Positions 28,447-37,743 of a stretch of 64,000 nucleotides of DNA are shown here, in pieces. The DNA is from a virus. The position numbers and the translations under genes are program-made. The stretch lies in the IMG/VR virus record IMGVR_UViG_3300046504_000032, positions 3,120 through 67,119 of that record. One strand, 5' to 3'. Every line of letters begins with the position of its first letter. The first letter of the stretch is position 1. A model generated the notes under the pieces. The model saw only the letters and a list, made by a program, of their open reading frames with translations. It made no database searches and was not told where the DNA came from.

Positions 28447-31030
28447 CCGGAGGCATAATGACAATCTGCCTGATGGTGCATTACTGGAATTGATCAACAT
28501 GCGTGTCATCAATGGCGCTCTGCGTCCTATCCCGGAGAAGGAGCGACTTACTGACCCTAATCCTCAGTTCTCGGTGCTGTTCAAGCATGTCGTCAATGAA
28601 TCGGTTTATATCTTTTGGGGAATACTGAGTGATCATCTTGTCTATGAAGTTTATGAAGATGATGTCCTGATATATTCCGACATGACGTTTTATGATCTTA
28701 CAGGCGACAATATAAGTTTCGCTGCTCTTGGCAATGCGTTAGTGGTAAGTGTTCATGATACTGAAAAGACTATTGTTTTTCTTTTCAATCCTGATAGTCA
28801 GACCTACAAACTGTTTGATCCTTTACTGCCGGATATGCCTCTTGTCTCTTTGCAACGGGTAGTGTATAATACTGATGATGAGACTAAAGATTCTACTCTT
28901 ACTTCCGGTGATACCGATGCTGCAGATGTAGCTTTTAAAGGACTTGCACAAGATCAGATGGCAAGGATGATAGCAAAAGGTTATCTTGTAGGGAAATACC
29001 TGGTACGTTGTGCATGGGAGTTATTTGATGGTTCTCTTGTAATGCATTCTGTACCTGTTTGTGTTCAGGCGAGCGAGATAGAAGCATGGACACATACCGG
29101 AGCTTCATTATGGGCTAATACCGGGTTTGTCGGTTATAAGTTACAGCACAAGATTTGGATATCTTCATCTGATCTTTCAGCACTAAAAACACAATTCACA
29201 GGGATTGTCAAGTCGTTTAATATTTACCTGAGCAATCACCAGGTTCTTTTGGAGATGCATAGTGCAGCAATGGTAGCTAATCAGCATTATTCTATGACAT
29301 TACCTGACGGGGGTATCCCTACCGGTGATATAGATACCCTCATCCAGAATGAGGTAAATTATTTCAAGCTGCTCAGGATCCCTCTTGAGGAATTAGTTGC
29401 CGAGACATGGATCGATATCCCTTTATCGGACAATTCTTTGCTTAGTTCATCTGAGGTATTGACTGCCGGTAACTTATCTTTTCATCAGTTATATAGCAAA
29501 AATCTTTTCTCTTATAACCAGAGGGTTTTCCTTGGCAACATAAAGAATACGCTTTACAGAGGCCGTTCTCTCAGGGGTTTCCTGCAGCCGACTATAGAAT
29601 CCGGAGGCACATATTTTACCACAGATCTTCCATACAGCATTGGGATAGTTCAGGAGATAGAGACAGCGCAAGGCACTAAGCGTGTTTTTTCCGGATGGGA
29701 GGAGATAGACTACTATCGTAATGACATTATGGAGTTTGCCTTTTATTTCCATGACTATCTTGGTTATCCTGATGCCAGGGCAAAAAAGATGACTATTTAC
29801 CTCAAGGGTACTGATGGTGTCACTATCCGCAAACTTGGAGAAAAGAACCTTACTCAGGTCTATGGCATGAATTTCTCATACTACATGGGAGATAGTTTTT
29901 TATGTTCCGGTGAGGGATATCCAGGCTTTGAAGGTCCGTTTGGTGACTACCCGGTAGAAGCGTTTCCTGAGATACTCGATACTTATTGGGACGGTGACAG
30001 GGTACAAGCCACAGAATTTCAGAACCCTTACTACTTTCCTGCAATAAACTCATACAGGGTAGAAGGTTTCATACTCGGCATGGCTACTAATGCCATTGCT
30101 CTCTCTCAGGGTCAGTTCGGGCAGTTCCCTATCTTCACCTTTACCACCAAAGGGATATGGGTGCTCGACATAGGAGACGGGGATATACTCATCACAAGGG
30201 TTCGCCCTCTCTCGGGAACGATATGTACAAACGCTGAATCTATCCTAGGTATTGACGGAGGGGTTATCTTCATGAGCAACGAAGGACTGATGATACTCAC
30301 CGGTGCAAACTCTACTTCGATATCGGACATTATTGCAGGGGAATCCGATTCACCTCTTGTCGGAGTGAATGATTACGACCGCATTGTTGACAATCCAAAC
30401 ACCTACCAACCGGATGAATTCATCAATGACGATACCCCTTTCGCTATCTATGCTGAGAATGCCAGGATAGCTTTCACTATCGTTGCCCTGCTCAATGGAG
30501 AGATAGAAAAAGAAATAATAGTCAGCAATACGGACTACGACTACTCATACGTGTACAGCATCATATCAAAGACCTGGCACAAAATAACTCAGTCATGGGA
30601 CAGATTCCTCCACGACTACCCAAAAACATACGGGACCAAACAAATAGATTCTGACTACTTCCTCGATGACCTGTCAGCAGAACAGAAAGAAACAGACCAG
30701 GAAATACTCGTTCACCTCGAGACCCGTCCAATAAAATTCGGGGAAGATCTCTCTTACAAGAAAATTATCCGCACCCTGCTTTACGGATTCCTTAACCCCG
30801 TAAAAGAAAAACCATTCACATTCTACTTGTTCGGAACAGTCGATGACGAACATTGGTTCTCCCAACAGGCAAGCAACATAGTAACCCCGGGAGATAAAGC
30901 AATCCTCGGACGTACCCTGTTCTCATGTAAGAAATTCATCATTGTCATGGGAGGTTATGTCTATGACAACACTTTTATCTCCGGGCTTATTTCGGATGTC
31001 GAGAAACGCTACACCAATAAACTCAGATAA
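28400..31030 (+). CDS. Tail stabilisation / tubular nozzle protein (start possibly 28421)
   Basis: 876 aa, beta-rich, with FGQFPIFTFTTKGIW and GGVIFMSNEGL patterns and a C-terminal LETRPIKF. Confidence 0.75.
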   Translation: MKDLRSRMPISLRTIDRRHNDNLPDGALLELINMRVINGALRPIPEKERLTDPNPQFSVLFKHVVNESVYIFWGILSDHLVYEVYEDDVLIYSDMTFYDLTGDNISFAALGNALVVSVHDTEKTIVFLFNPDSQTYKLFDPLLPDMPLVSLQRVVYNTDDETKDSTLTSGDTDAADVAFKGLAQDQMARMIAKGYLVGKYLVRCAWELFDGSLVMHSVPVCVQASEIEAWTHTGASLWANTGFVGYKLQHKIWISSSDLSALKTQFTGIVKSFNIYLSNHQVLLEMHSAAMVANQHYSMTLPDGGIPTGDIDTLIQNEVNYFKLLRIPLEELVAETWIDIPLSDNSLLSSSEVLTAGNLSFHQLYSKNLFSYNQRVFLGNIKNTLYRGRSLRGFLQPTIESGGTYFTTDLPYSIGIVQEIETAQGTKRVFSGWEEIDYYRNDIMEFAFYFHDYLGYPDARAKKMTIYLKGTDGVTIRKLGEKNLTQVYGMNFSYYMGDSFLCSGEGYPGFEGPFGDYPVEAFPEILDTYWDGDRVQATEFQNPYYFPAINSYRVEGFILGMATNAIALSQGQFGQFPIFTFTTKGIWVLDIGDGDILITRVRPLSGTICTNAESILGIDGGVIFMSNEGLMILTGANSTSISDIIAGESDSPLVGVNDYDRIVDNPNTYQPDEFINDDTPFAIYAENARIAFTIVALLNGEIEKEIIVSNTDYDYSYVYSIISKTWHKITQSWDRFLHDYPKTYGTKQIDSDYFLDDLSAEQKETDQEILVHLETRPIKFGEDLSYKKIIRTLLYGFLNPVKEKPFTFYLFGTVDDEHWFSQQASNIVTPGDKAILGRTLFSCKKFIIVMGGYVYDNTFISGLISDVEKRYTNKLR

Positions 31031-31032
31031 CC

Positions 31033-31224
31033 ATGCCTTACGTCTCACAAGCTCAAGCCGCATACTTCAATATCCACAAAAAGGAACTGGAGAAAGAAGG
31101 AGTTAATGTCGAACATTGGAACGCTGCCTCCAAAGGTAAGCACCTGCCTAAACACACAAGCAAAAGCAAACACGAATTTGCCGGTGACGCATTGAAACAT
31201 CACGAACAATCTAAAAAACACTAA
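31033..31224 (+). CDS. Small hypothetical phage protein
   Basis: MPYVSQAQAAYF...W...KGKHLP pattern common in phages. Confidence 0.75.
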   Translation: MPYVSQAQAAYFNIHKKELEKEGVNVEHWNAASKGKHLPKHTSKSKHEFAGDALKHHEQSKKH

Positions 31225-31226
31225 CC

Positions 31227-31355
31227 ATGGGACAGACTGTCAAACAGAAAATGATCGCCAAATCAAAAAAGGCCGAAGAACACAAAACCAGAGTACCATT
31301 CGGTGCACTCCTCCCTTCCAACCCTCCTCTTGCCACTAAACCCAAAAAGAAGTGA
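31227..31355 (+). CDS. Small basic protein (42 aa)
   Basis: Fills the gap exactly; GTGA overlap with the next gene. Confidence 0.5.
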   Translation: MGQTVKQKMIAKSKKAEEHKTRVPFGALLPSNPPLATKPKKK

Positions 31356-31654
31356 GCAAAGTAATCAAACAAGATAACAGAAACCGGAACGATGACAGAG
31401 ATTACTACATCTTCGATTGTCCCGGCTGCAAATGCTCTCACTCTTTCTCCGTTCCTGCCTGGACCTTCAATGGTGACTATGAGAAACCAACTGTCGGTGG
31501 TAGCGTCCTCGTCAATGCTCACCTCCTCGAGATAGACCTAATGCAACCCGGAGTCCATCGCTGCCACTCATTCATCAAAAACGGAATGATAGAATTCCTT
31601 AACGACTGCACACATGACCTCAAAGGACAAACAGTCCCACTACCAGAACTATGA
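31352..31654 (+). CDS. Cys/His metal-binding protein (DUF6527-like)
   Basis: CPGC..H, WTFNGD..KPT, RCHSFI..G.IEFL.DCTH. Confidence 0.75.
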   Translation: MSKVIKQDNRNRNDDRDYYIFDCPGCKCSHSFSVPAWTFNGDYEKPTVGGSVLVNAHLLEIDLMQPGVHRCHSFIKNGMIEFLNDCTHDLKGQTVPLPEL

Positions 31655-31968
31655 AAATCAAAACAATGCCAAAAGTAATGCGTAGGCTAATGCCTCACGT
31701 ACTCGCGATAACCCTTTGCCCTTTCGGCATATACCTCAGAGATGTAGAATGTGGAGATAAATACACTATCCTCCACGAATCAATCCATTGGAAACAACAA
31801 ACCGAAATGCTTATCATCTTCTTCTACTTGTGGTACCTGATCGAATGGACTGTCAAAGGATTCAAGTACTACAACATATCATTCGAGAGAGAAGCATTCC
31901 GAAATGATACATGGCTCTACCTATCCTCACGTAAACACTTCGCTTGGTTTAAGTACATCAGAAAGTGA
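31651..31968 (+). CDS. Membrane-associated HExxH protein
   Basis: HESIH motif, hydrophobic segment and ISFEREA. Confidence 0.7.
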   Translation: MKIKTMPKVMRRLMPHVLAITLCPFGIYLRDVECGDKYTILHESIHWKQQTEMLIIFFYLWYLIEWTVKGFKYYNISFEREAFRNDTWLYLSSRKHFAWFKYIRK

Positions 31969-32092
31969 TCAGAACCTTTTTTTGTTGGAAAAATTTGGAA
32001 GTGCCTTTCAAACCATTTTAGAAAGTTCCAATACCCTACCCCCTTTTTTTATTTCACATATTCCCCTAATTTACACATCGGGCCGACTAAAG

Positions 32093-32132
32093 CCCCTCCC
32101 CCTCCTTGCCTTGTACCCCCACCCATACCCCC
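32093..32132 (-). other. G-tract cluster (G-quadruplex-capable) in a non-coding gap
   Basis: Five C-runs of 3-5 nt on the + strand within 40 nt. Confidence 0.5.
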
Positions 32133-32263
32133 GGCACACGAAAAAATGAGGTTTGGCAGTCAAGAAATAGGCAAAATTACACAGCAGAACATGAAAAAAG
32201 CATGGGAAAACAGGTCATCCCTGACAAAACCCATGCTTTAACAGCAATATCTGAGCAGTTTTG

Positions 32264-32605
32264 CTACAGATTCAGGAACGCATGCTCCAAATGTGCCTTA
32301 CCAAGACCGAGTACTTTGCCAACATGTGCCTTTAACTGGTCCAGATCGTCATAATCTAAGAGATCGTTACGCAAGAGGTGATACTTTTTGCGTAGTTTGA
32401 CCTTGATCAGGTTGAGATCGGGGTCAGAAACGGGCTTTCTTGCCTTCTTAGTAGGTTTCTTTGCATCCTCAGCAGGTACTTCTTCGTATTTCTCCTGTTT
32501 GGTCTGGTCAAGATCATCCCCCGGATAACTTGTTTTTACTTTTTTCGGGCTCTTTGTCCCTTTTTTCGGTTTTGTTGCCATGATCATAGCTTTTAAGTGT
32601 GACAT
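32264..32605 (-). CDS. Hypothetical Lys-rich protein
   Basis: 113-aa ORF with a helical C-terminus, divergent from 32666. Confidence 0.6.
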   Translation of the reverse strand: MSHLKAMIMATKPKKGTKSPKKVKTSYPGDDLDQTKQEKYEEVPAEDAKKPTKKARKPVSDPDLNLIKVKLRKKYHLLRNDLLDYDDLDQLKAHVGKVLGLGKAHLEHAFLNL

Positions 32606-32665
32606 TTGATATATCGGAATGCAAGTTACTAATATTTTAAGTATATTTGGTAATAAAACAACATT

Positions 32666-33013
32666 ATGAAACTAATAAGAGGGACTAAAGTATCTGAGGC
32701 TAACATACAGGCAGAGTTCTATATGGCCTGTAAAAGGCATAATATTAACTGTTATCTTGAGTATTCTGTGATTTGTACTACCAAAACCATGAGGAAAAAG
32801 CAGAGAAAATGCAGATTTGATGCAGTACTCTATGACAAAGAGGATAATATATTCGCAATAATAGAAATCAAATCATACCATACTCACCGACCCGGTAATA
32901 GAGCTACAGTACAACTATATCATTATGAGCAATACGGAATACCGGTCTTTTTAATAACAAGAATTGAAAATATAGAATCAACTATTAAATTAATTCTACT
33001 TTTGGTTCCTTAA
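32666..33013 (+). CDS. PD-(D/E)xK nuclease-like protein
   Basis: SEANIQ...RFDAV...IIEIKS...Q..HY; TATATTTG box at 32642-32649. Confidence 0.7.
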   Translation: MKLIRGTKVSEANIQAEFYMACKRHNINCYLEYSVICTTKTMRKKQRKCRFDAVLYDKEDNIFAIIEIKSYHTHRPGNRATVQLYHYEQYGIPVFLITRIENIESTIKLILLLVP

Positions 33014-33059
33014 CAATCTTCCTAAGAATAATACTAATACTATATTCTAAGTTCTAAGT

Positions 33060-33120
33060 TCTACGGTAGGATAGTCCTACCGGATTAAGAGATAGTCCTA
33101 TCGGACTATCCTACCGGTTT
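33060..33120. repeat. Cluster of short direct and inverted repeats (GGATAGTCC, CCTACCGG)
   Basis: GGTAGGATAGTCC and its reverse complement GGACTATCCTACC; GATAGTCCTA occurs twice. Confidence 0.6.
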
Positions 33121-33259
33121 AGTCAAAATCACTCTTGATCGCTCTCATCCTTAGACAGGCTTCATTGCGAGGGCACTCTTGTGGCACTTTTTGTCGGGAG
33201 CCTGGTCAACAATGGTCCAAAACGATCAAATAACAGGGGGCGACAATGCGAATCTATCA

Positions 33260-33550
33260 ATGTCATCTTATGTCATCCCAAGTAAGGAAATGGAGAAGAG
33301 ACCACACTCCAATGGAAAATGGGCGGGTGACTATGGGTCAAAACGACATAGAAACGACATCTAAATATTAGGTTACACACAGACTGTCAATGTATTACAG
33401 TTTTTATGTCATCAGGTGACAAAAGTGACATGAGGTAAAAAAGGGGTGACATTGTGATAGTTGATGTCACCCCCTGATGTTTTTGAGTGTTATATAGTTG
33501 ATAATAAGCAAGTGCACCCCCTGACATGAAAGATGACATTGAATGTCACC
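33260..33550. repeat. Array of TGACAT/ATGTCA motifs in both orientations
   Basis: About ten copies, including the inverted pairs GGGGTGACAT-N11-ATGTCACCCC and TGACATTGAATGTCA. Confidence 0.7.
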
Positions 33551-33595
33551 CTTCGGAGGATATTAACAGGCGTAAAAATAAATTGTTGTAAATTG

Positions 33596-33626
33596 TTTGG
33601 ATATTAACAAAGAATGCCTATATTTG
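33596..33626 (+). promoter_or_regulatory. Consensus Bacteroidota promoter for the early operon
   Basis: TTTG-N19-TATATTTG. Confidence 0.85.
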
Positions 33627-33648
33627 ACCTGTGAGAAACATCTGACAA

Positions 33649-33894
33649 ATGGAGAAAAAAGACCTAACACACAGACACATAGCGAGATACGGAAGGTTAG
33701 ACAGGATGAATCTGGTAAAGGAGATCATGAGTACGTTTGGATCGTATGATGGGTTGATGTGTTATTATCGTTACAGGATCAGGGAGGAATACGCAAATAT
33801 GTTTGGATGTCCGATAATATATGTTAAGGGGAGGGATTTGATTGAAGTAGAGGCGAATATCAGTAAGTTACTAAGAGATATAAAGTTATTTTAA
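33649..33894 (+). CDS. Early hypothetical protein
   Basis: First ORF after the promoter; CATCTGACAA directly before the ATG. Confidence 0.7.
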   Translation: MEKKDLTHRHIARYGRLDRMNLVKEIMSTFGSYDGLMCYYRYRIREEYANMFGCPIIYVKGRDLIEVEANISKLLRDIKLF

Positions 33895-33915
33895 TATTCA
33901 CCAAATCATCTGACA

Positions 33916-34296
33916 ATGAGTAATTACGCAACATTAACGAGTAAACACCCTGAACTGTTTGAATGCTTCTTTGCATTCTCTAATCAGCAGTTTGAGGAAG
34001 GTAAGATCAAGGCTAACATTGGGGATAAGAAGATTCTCTCCGGTGGTAGTGGTTTGTATGGTACAAAAGAAGGTATCACGAAATTACTTGCCGATTATGA
34101 CGCAAGAGACAAAGAGATTGCGGATACATGCAGCCCGCAGGACGTGTACAAGTATGAATTTGACAATCATGAGTGCAGTTATACGAATGAAGATACAGCT
34201 GCAATGGAGATTGTGGTCCGTATCTTTGGTAAAGAGAAGGCAAAGAGTGTGAAGCGTAGATTCGCATACGTTGAAGTTGAAGCAATAGAAATATAG
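33916..34296 (+). CDS. Early hypothetical protein
   Basis: FFAFSNQQFEEG...YEFDNHE pattern; motif at the start. Confidence 0.8.
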   Translation: MSNYATLTSKHPELFECFFAFSNQQFEEGKIKANIGDKKILSGGSGLYGTKEGITKLLADYDARDKEIADTCSPQDVYKYEFDNHECSYTNEDTAAMEIVVRIFGKEKAKSVKRRFAYVEVEAIEI

Positions 34297-34319
34297 TATT
34301 CATTTAATCTGACAAATCA

Positions 34320-34514
34320 ATGACAAACGTAGAAATGGTAAGAAACGGAAACATCCTGACGATAGTAGTTGATCTATCAGTCAAAGGAGAGATGAGTAAA
34401 TCGGGCAAGAGTATAGTTCTGGCCTCCACACTTGGGAATAAGAAGATAGAGGCAGACGATAAACTGGACAACGGACAGGCTATCTTTATAGGACTGAATG
34501 TTTACAAGCAGTAG
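34320..34514 (+). CDS. Small conserved beta-rich protein
   Basis: LTIVVDLS...SKSGKSIVLASTLGN...IGLNVY. Confidence 0.8.
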   Translation: MTNVEMVRNGNILTIVVDLSVKGEMSKSGKSIVLASTLGNKKIEADDKLDNGQAIFIGLNVYKQ

Positions 34515-34589
34515 CTTTAAAGGTCTCAAGCCCTAAAATGATGAGAGCCGGGGATCATACCCCGGTAAATCAACTAAAGCATCTGACAA

Positions 34590-34850
34590 ATGACAAACGG
34601 AATTATCAAAACAGGAGACACGATCTTATGGAGACCATGTTTCAACACACAGCCTCCGGTAGAGGCAGAAATAACAGGCATTGAGATATGCGAGAGACCA
34701 AGAAGCAAATATGGTAAGCCAGTTAGTTGGATACCGGCAGACGCAAAGGATTTCGCAGTATTCAGCCTATCCAATCATCACTGGTGTTATGGAGAACAGG
34801 TTGAGACCTTAGACGAACTGATATTAGATTACGAACTCTATTATTCATAA
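34590..34850 (+). CDS. Early hypothetical protein (SH3-like)
   Basis: IKTGDTILW start; motif before the ATG. Confidence 0.7.
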   Translation: MTNGIIKTGDTILWRPCFNTQPPVEAEITGIEICERPRSKYGKPVSWIPADAKDFAVFSLSNHHWCYGEQVETLDELILDYELYYS

Positions 34851-34853
34851 GCT

Positions 34854-35165
34854 ATGGCGCTCAAGTTACTCAGAGATATAACAAGGGAGACTTTGGCAGT
34901 CACAGACACCAAAGGGAATATCCAGATCATCACCCTGAAAGCCGGAGATATGTTAGAATTCCGGGTAAAAGGTAAGAGGTTCCGCTATGAGGTACCGCTT
35001 CAGGCCTGCTACAATATGGCACTGGTTTACACAGCACAGCAATTCTACCGCAGGAAACTGGCTAAGTACATACAAGACAAGAAAGATGGTCGCAGGGTGC
35101 GCAAACCACGCCCACTATCCCCCATCTTCAACGCAAGAGTTTATGAATGCCTTAAAATCAAGTAA
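34854..35165 (+). CDS. Hypothetical basic protein
   Basis: Operon packing. Confidence 0.7.
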   Translation: MALKLLRDITRETLAVTDTKGNIQIITLKAGDMLEFRVKGKRFRYEVPLQACYNMALVYTAQQFYRRKLAKYIQDKKDGRRVRKPRPLSPIFNARVYECLKIK

Positions 35166-35184
35166 TCATTAATACATCTGACAA

Positions 35185-35697
35185 ATGAACAAAAATGTAC
35201 AAACAGAGCTCCTGCTCGCAAGAAAAGACGGTGTATCGCATTGTAATACGTGCGATGCATCAACTTGGGACGGACAGTTCCACGATGCAATGTTGCTATT
35301 GCAGGCTAACCCCCCTGAAGATATTCAGGTGCGCTGCGTCATCAGACATGGCATACACGAATGGACACTCATTGACCTGAAACCGGATTCAAGGAAGGAG
35401 AACCCTGTTAATATCACCACTGAGGAAATAGACCGGATGACCGACAGACGCAAACCAATGGAAGTATTCGGTGCCTATCAGCACTTCCTCTATTACTTCG
35501 ATCAGGTACAGTATGAGAAAGAGGAACCAAACGGAGGACTGACAAACCATTTCGTTGAGAAACTCACAGGCCTGAGAGCAAGACATAACGACTACAACTC
35601 AATAGAGGTACTGGTCCGTTGGGTGCAGGAAATGAGCCAACACAATCAGGCAGACCTGTTAGAATACATCCTCAAACATCATTCTAACAAATGGTAG
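35185..35697 (+). CDS. Early hypothetical protein
   Basis: Motif before the ATG; operon packing. Confidence 0.7.
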   Translation: MNKNVQTELLLARKDGVSHCNTCDASTWDGQFHDAMLLLQANPPEDIQVRCVIRHGIHEWTLIDLKPDSRKENPVNITTEEIDRMTDRRKPMEVFGAYQHFLYYFDQVQYEKEEPNGGLTNHFVEKLTGLRARHNDYNSIEVLVRWVQEMSQHNQADLLEYILKHHSNKW

Positions 35698-35699
35698 CC

Positions 35700-35834
35700 A
35701 TGAGAGAGACGAGTTTAACACACAGCAAAAGTACTTCCAAGTACAGCAGACAGGAAAGAGCCTATATGGCTCTGCTCCTTGTTGCAATATTCACCATCTC
35801 AATTGTTGTTAACCTAATACTACACACACTATGA
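35700..35834 (+). CDS. Small membrane protein (44 aa)
   Basis: C-terminal TM segment; ATGA overlap with the next gene. Confidence 0.55.
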   Translation: MRETSLTHSKSTSKYSRQERAYMALLLVAIFTISIVVNLILHTL

Positions 35835-36712
35835 AAATCAAATATCGTGACATACGCCTGTCAAAAGCAAACTTAATCCGTCTGGACGAGATAAACGCTA
35901 TCATCGTCAGCTATCAGGACCAAGGATACAGACTGACCCTCCGGCAGCTATACTACCAGTTAGTAAGCCGGGACGTAATCCCTAACAACGTGAAAGAATA
36001 CGGCAAGCTATCTACCCTCCTCAAAGAGGGCAGGATGGCAGGCATAGTCGATTGGGACGCAATAGAGGACAGACTACGCAAGCCTGACCGCCCATCATGT
36101 TGGGAATCTCCGGTAGACATACTCGATGCATGTATCAGCCAGTACCGGTGCGACAGAATGATGGGACAACCTGTATATATGGAGGTGTGGGTTGAGAAAG
36201 ACGCACTATCCGGAGTACTCAAGAGAGTGACCGAGAAATATGGTATCAACATCATTGTCAATCGTGGGTACTCATCCGCTACCGCAATGCATGACGCACA
36301 CCGCAGGTTCAGAGAGGAGATACAAAAGATAGGAGCAGCCGAGATAAAGGTCATCTATGTAGGAGACTTCGACCCATCAGGACAGGATATGATCAGGGAC
36401 ATAACAGACCGCATTGCTGAATTCAATGGCAACTATGACTTCACAATCAACCCTATCGCCCTCACATGGGAACAGATCGAGACACACACACCACCCCCGA
36501 ACCCTGCCAAGATAAGTGACCCAAGGGCTAAAGCCTATATCGAAAGACATGGCAACGAATCATGGGAGGTAGACGCATTGCCCCCGGAAGTATTAGATCG
36601 CCTCTTAGACAACGCTATTCAGGCTGAATTAGACAGTTTCCAGTATGAGGAGATGCTCAAGGTCGAGAAAACACACATTGCAAGTCTAACCAAGGTAAGG
36701 AAACTGTTATGA
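35831..36712 (+). CDS. Topoisomerase VI subunit A-like Toprim protein
   Basis: LTLRQLYYQLV winged helix, EVWVEKDAL, GDFDPSG, WEVDAL. Confidence 0.85.
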   Translation: MKIKYRDIRLSKANLIRLDEINAIIVSYQDQGYRLTLRQLYYQLVSRDVIPNNVKEYGKLSTLLKEGRMAGIVDWDAIEDRLRKPDRPSCWESPVDILDACISQYRCDRMMGQPVYMEVWVEKDALSGVLKRVTEKYGINIIVNRGYSSATAMHDAHRRFREEIQKIGAAEIKVIYVGDFDPSGQDMIRDITDRIAEFNGNYDFTINPIALTWEQIETHTPPPNPAKISDPRAKAYIERHGNESWEVDALPPEVLDRLLDNAIQAELDSFQYEEMLKVEKTHIASLTKVRKLL

Positions 36713-36903
36713 AACATTCAACCCATACAGTCCTGAAGGAAAGGACACGCACAGCATACGAAGCCTATCTGAATGAGATAGGCATACCGGAGGACGACAA
36801 GCGCAGCAATGGAGGCAGGATACCAGACAGAGCGAAATATGGCACATGGCTCAGGAACCAAGACCCGATAGCTTTTAACGCAGGCTATAACGACTGGAAA
36901 TGA
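36709..36903 (+). CDS. Hypothetical protein
   Basis: YGTWLR..DPIAFN.GYNDW pattern; ATGA overlaps. Confidence 0.75.
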   Translation: MKHSTHTVLKERTRTAYEAYLNEIGIPEDDKRSNGGRIPDRAKYGTWLRNQDPIAFNAGYNDWK

Positions 36904-37085
36904 AAGATATCACATTCATTGACTTATTTGCCGGAGGCGGAGGCACCAGTACAGGTGCATTCTCCGTCCCCGATTCCCTGAAAGAACAGATCAAGGAGGA
37001 ATCCATCAAATTCTTGCAACGATGCAAAAGGCATTGTGAACGGAGCGAACGTAAACTAACCGAAAAACTGGAGGATTTAGAATGA
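36900..37085 (+). pseudogene. Remnant of a C5 DNA methyltransferase
   Basis: Begins TFIDLFAGGGG (motif I) but is only 61 aa and has no PC motif. Confidence 0.65.
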
Positions 37086-37357
37086 AAAGCGGCAATTTAA
37101 TTACAACTTTGTCTGTTTTGTGCTTTTGTCTGGCTATAATCGTGTTAGGATTCAATATTCACGACCAACCACCGGGCAAGCAGGCAAATAACGCACTCTC
37201 AGCGAGTCCAGATAGCATCTGGACGGTGAAAAAGACCATAAACTACCATGAATGGGTAGTTGAAGATAACCAGGGAAAGGAGTTTTTCCTATCTGTAGAG
37301 AATGGATTCGTCCCTTGTTTTAAAGTCGGAACAGTAATACATTTGACAAGAAAATGA
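37082..37357 (+). CDS. Membrane-anchored hypothetical protein
   Basis: N-terminal TM segment. Confidence 0.65.
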   Translation: MKSGNLITTLSVLCFCLAIIVLGFNIHDQPPGKQANNALSASPDSIWTVKKTINYHEWVVEDNQGKEFFLSVENGFVPCFKVGTVIHLTRK

Positions 37358-37375
37358 GAGCAGGATCATTAAGGC

Positions 37376-37411
37376 TTACCGGCCTGTATGTATGGGCCGG
37401 TAATCTCTTTT
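37376..37411 (+). terminator. Possible intrinsic terminator or attenuator
   Basis: TTACCGGCC/GGCCGGTAA stem followed by TCTCTTTT. Confidence 0.5.
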
Positions 37412-37501
37412 CCAAGTCCCGGAAGCGATATCTGCAATGGCAATGGAAAAGAAGATTGTGTAAGCTACACGAAACATTTGATAAACTAACAGACATCGAC
37501 A

Positions 37502-37741
37502 ATGACAGGGCACAAAGTAAATCTTAAAGGCAGGCTCCGGCAGCAGGTATTTTATGATGCTGTGCAGTTTGTTATAGACAAGATCGGTAAGGAAACAGTC
37601 ACCGGTCACTTTATCTTCATGTATAAAGGCAAAGAAGAATTCCCCATGAAGAAGGTCAGGTTGGGGGTTAATGAGGCAGCCCTGCTCAGTAACATCAAGA
37701 TCAGAACTATTGGAAAAACTAAGTATAACGAAACCGAGTAA
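37502..37741 (+). CDS. Hypothetical protein
   Basis: ORF abutting the ATPase gene. Confidence 0.6.
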   Translation: MTGHKVNLKGRLRQQVFYDAVQFVIDKIGKETVTGHFIFMYKGKEEFPMKKVRLGVNEAALLSNIKIRTIGKTKYNETE

Positions 37742-37743
37742 CT

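Noticed and set aside
33014-33595. CRISPR array
   Set aside because: Repeats are 6-13 nt, irregularly spaced and in both orientations
34520-34570. Hairpin CCGGGG/CCCCGG preceded by TGATGAG
   Set aside because: It lacks a complete ribozyme core and a T-tract, so no function can be supported
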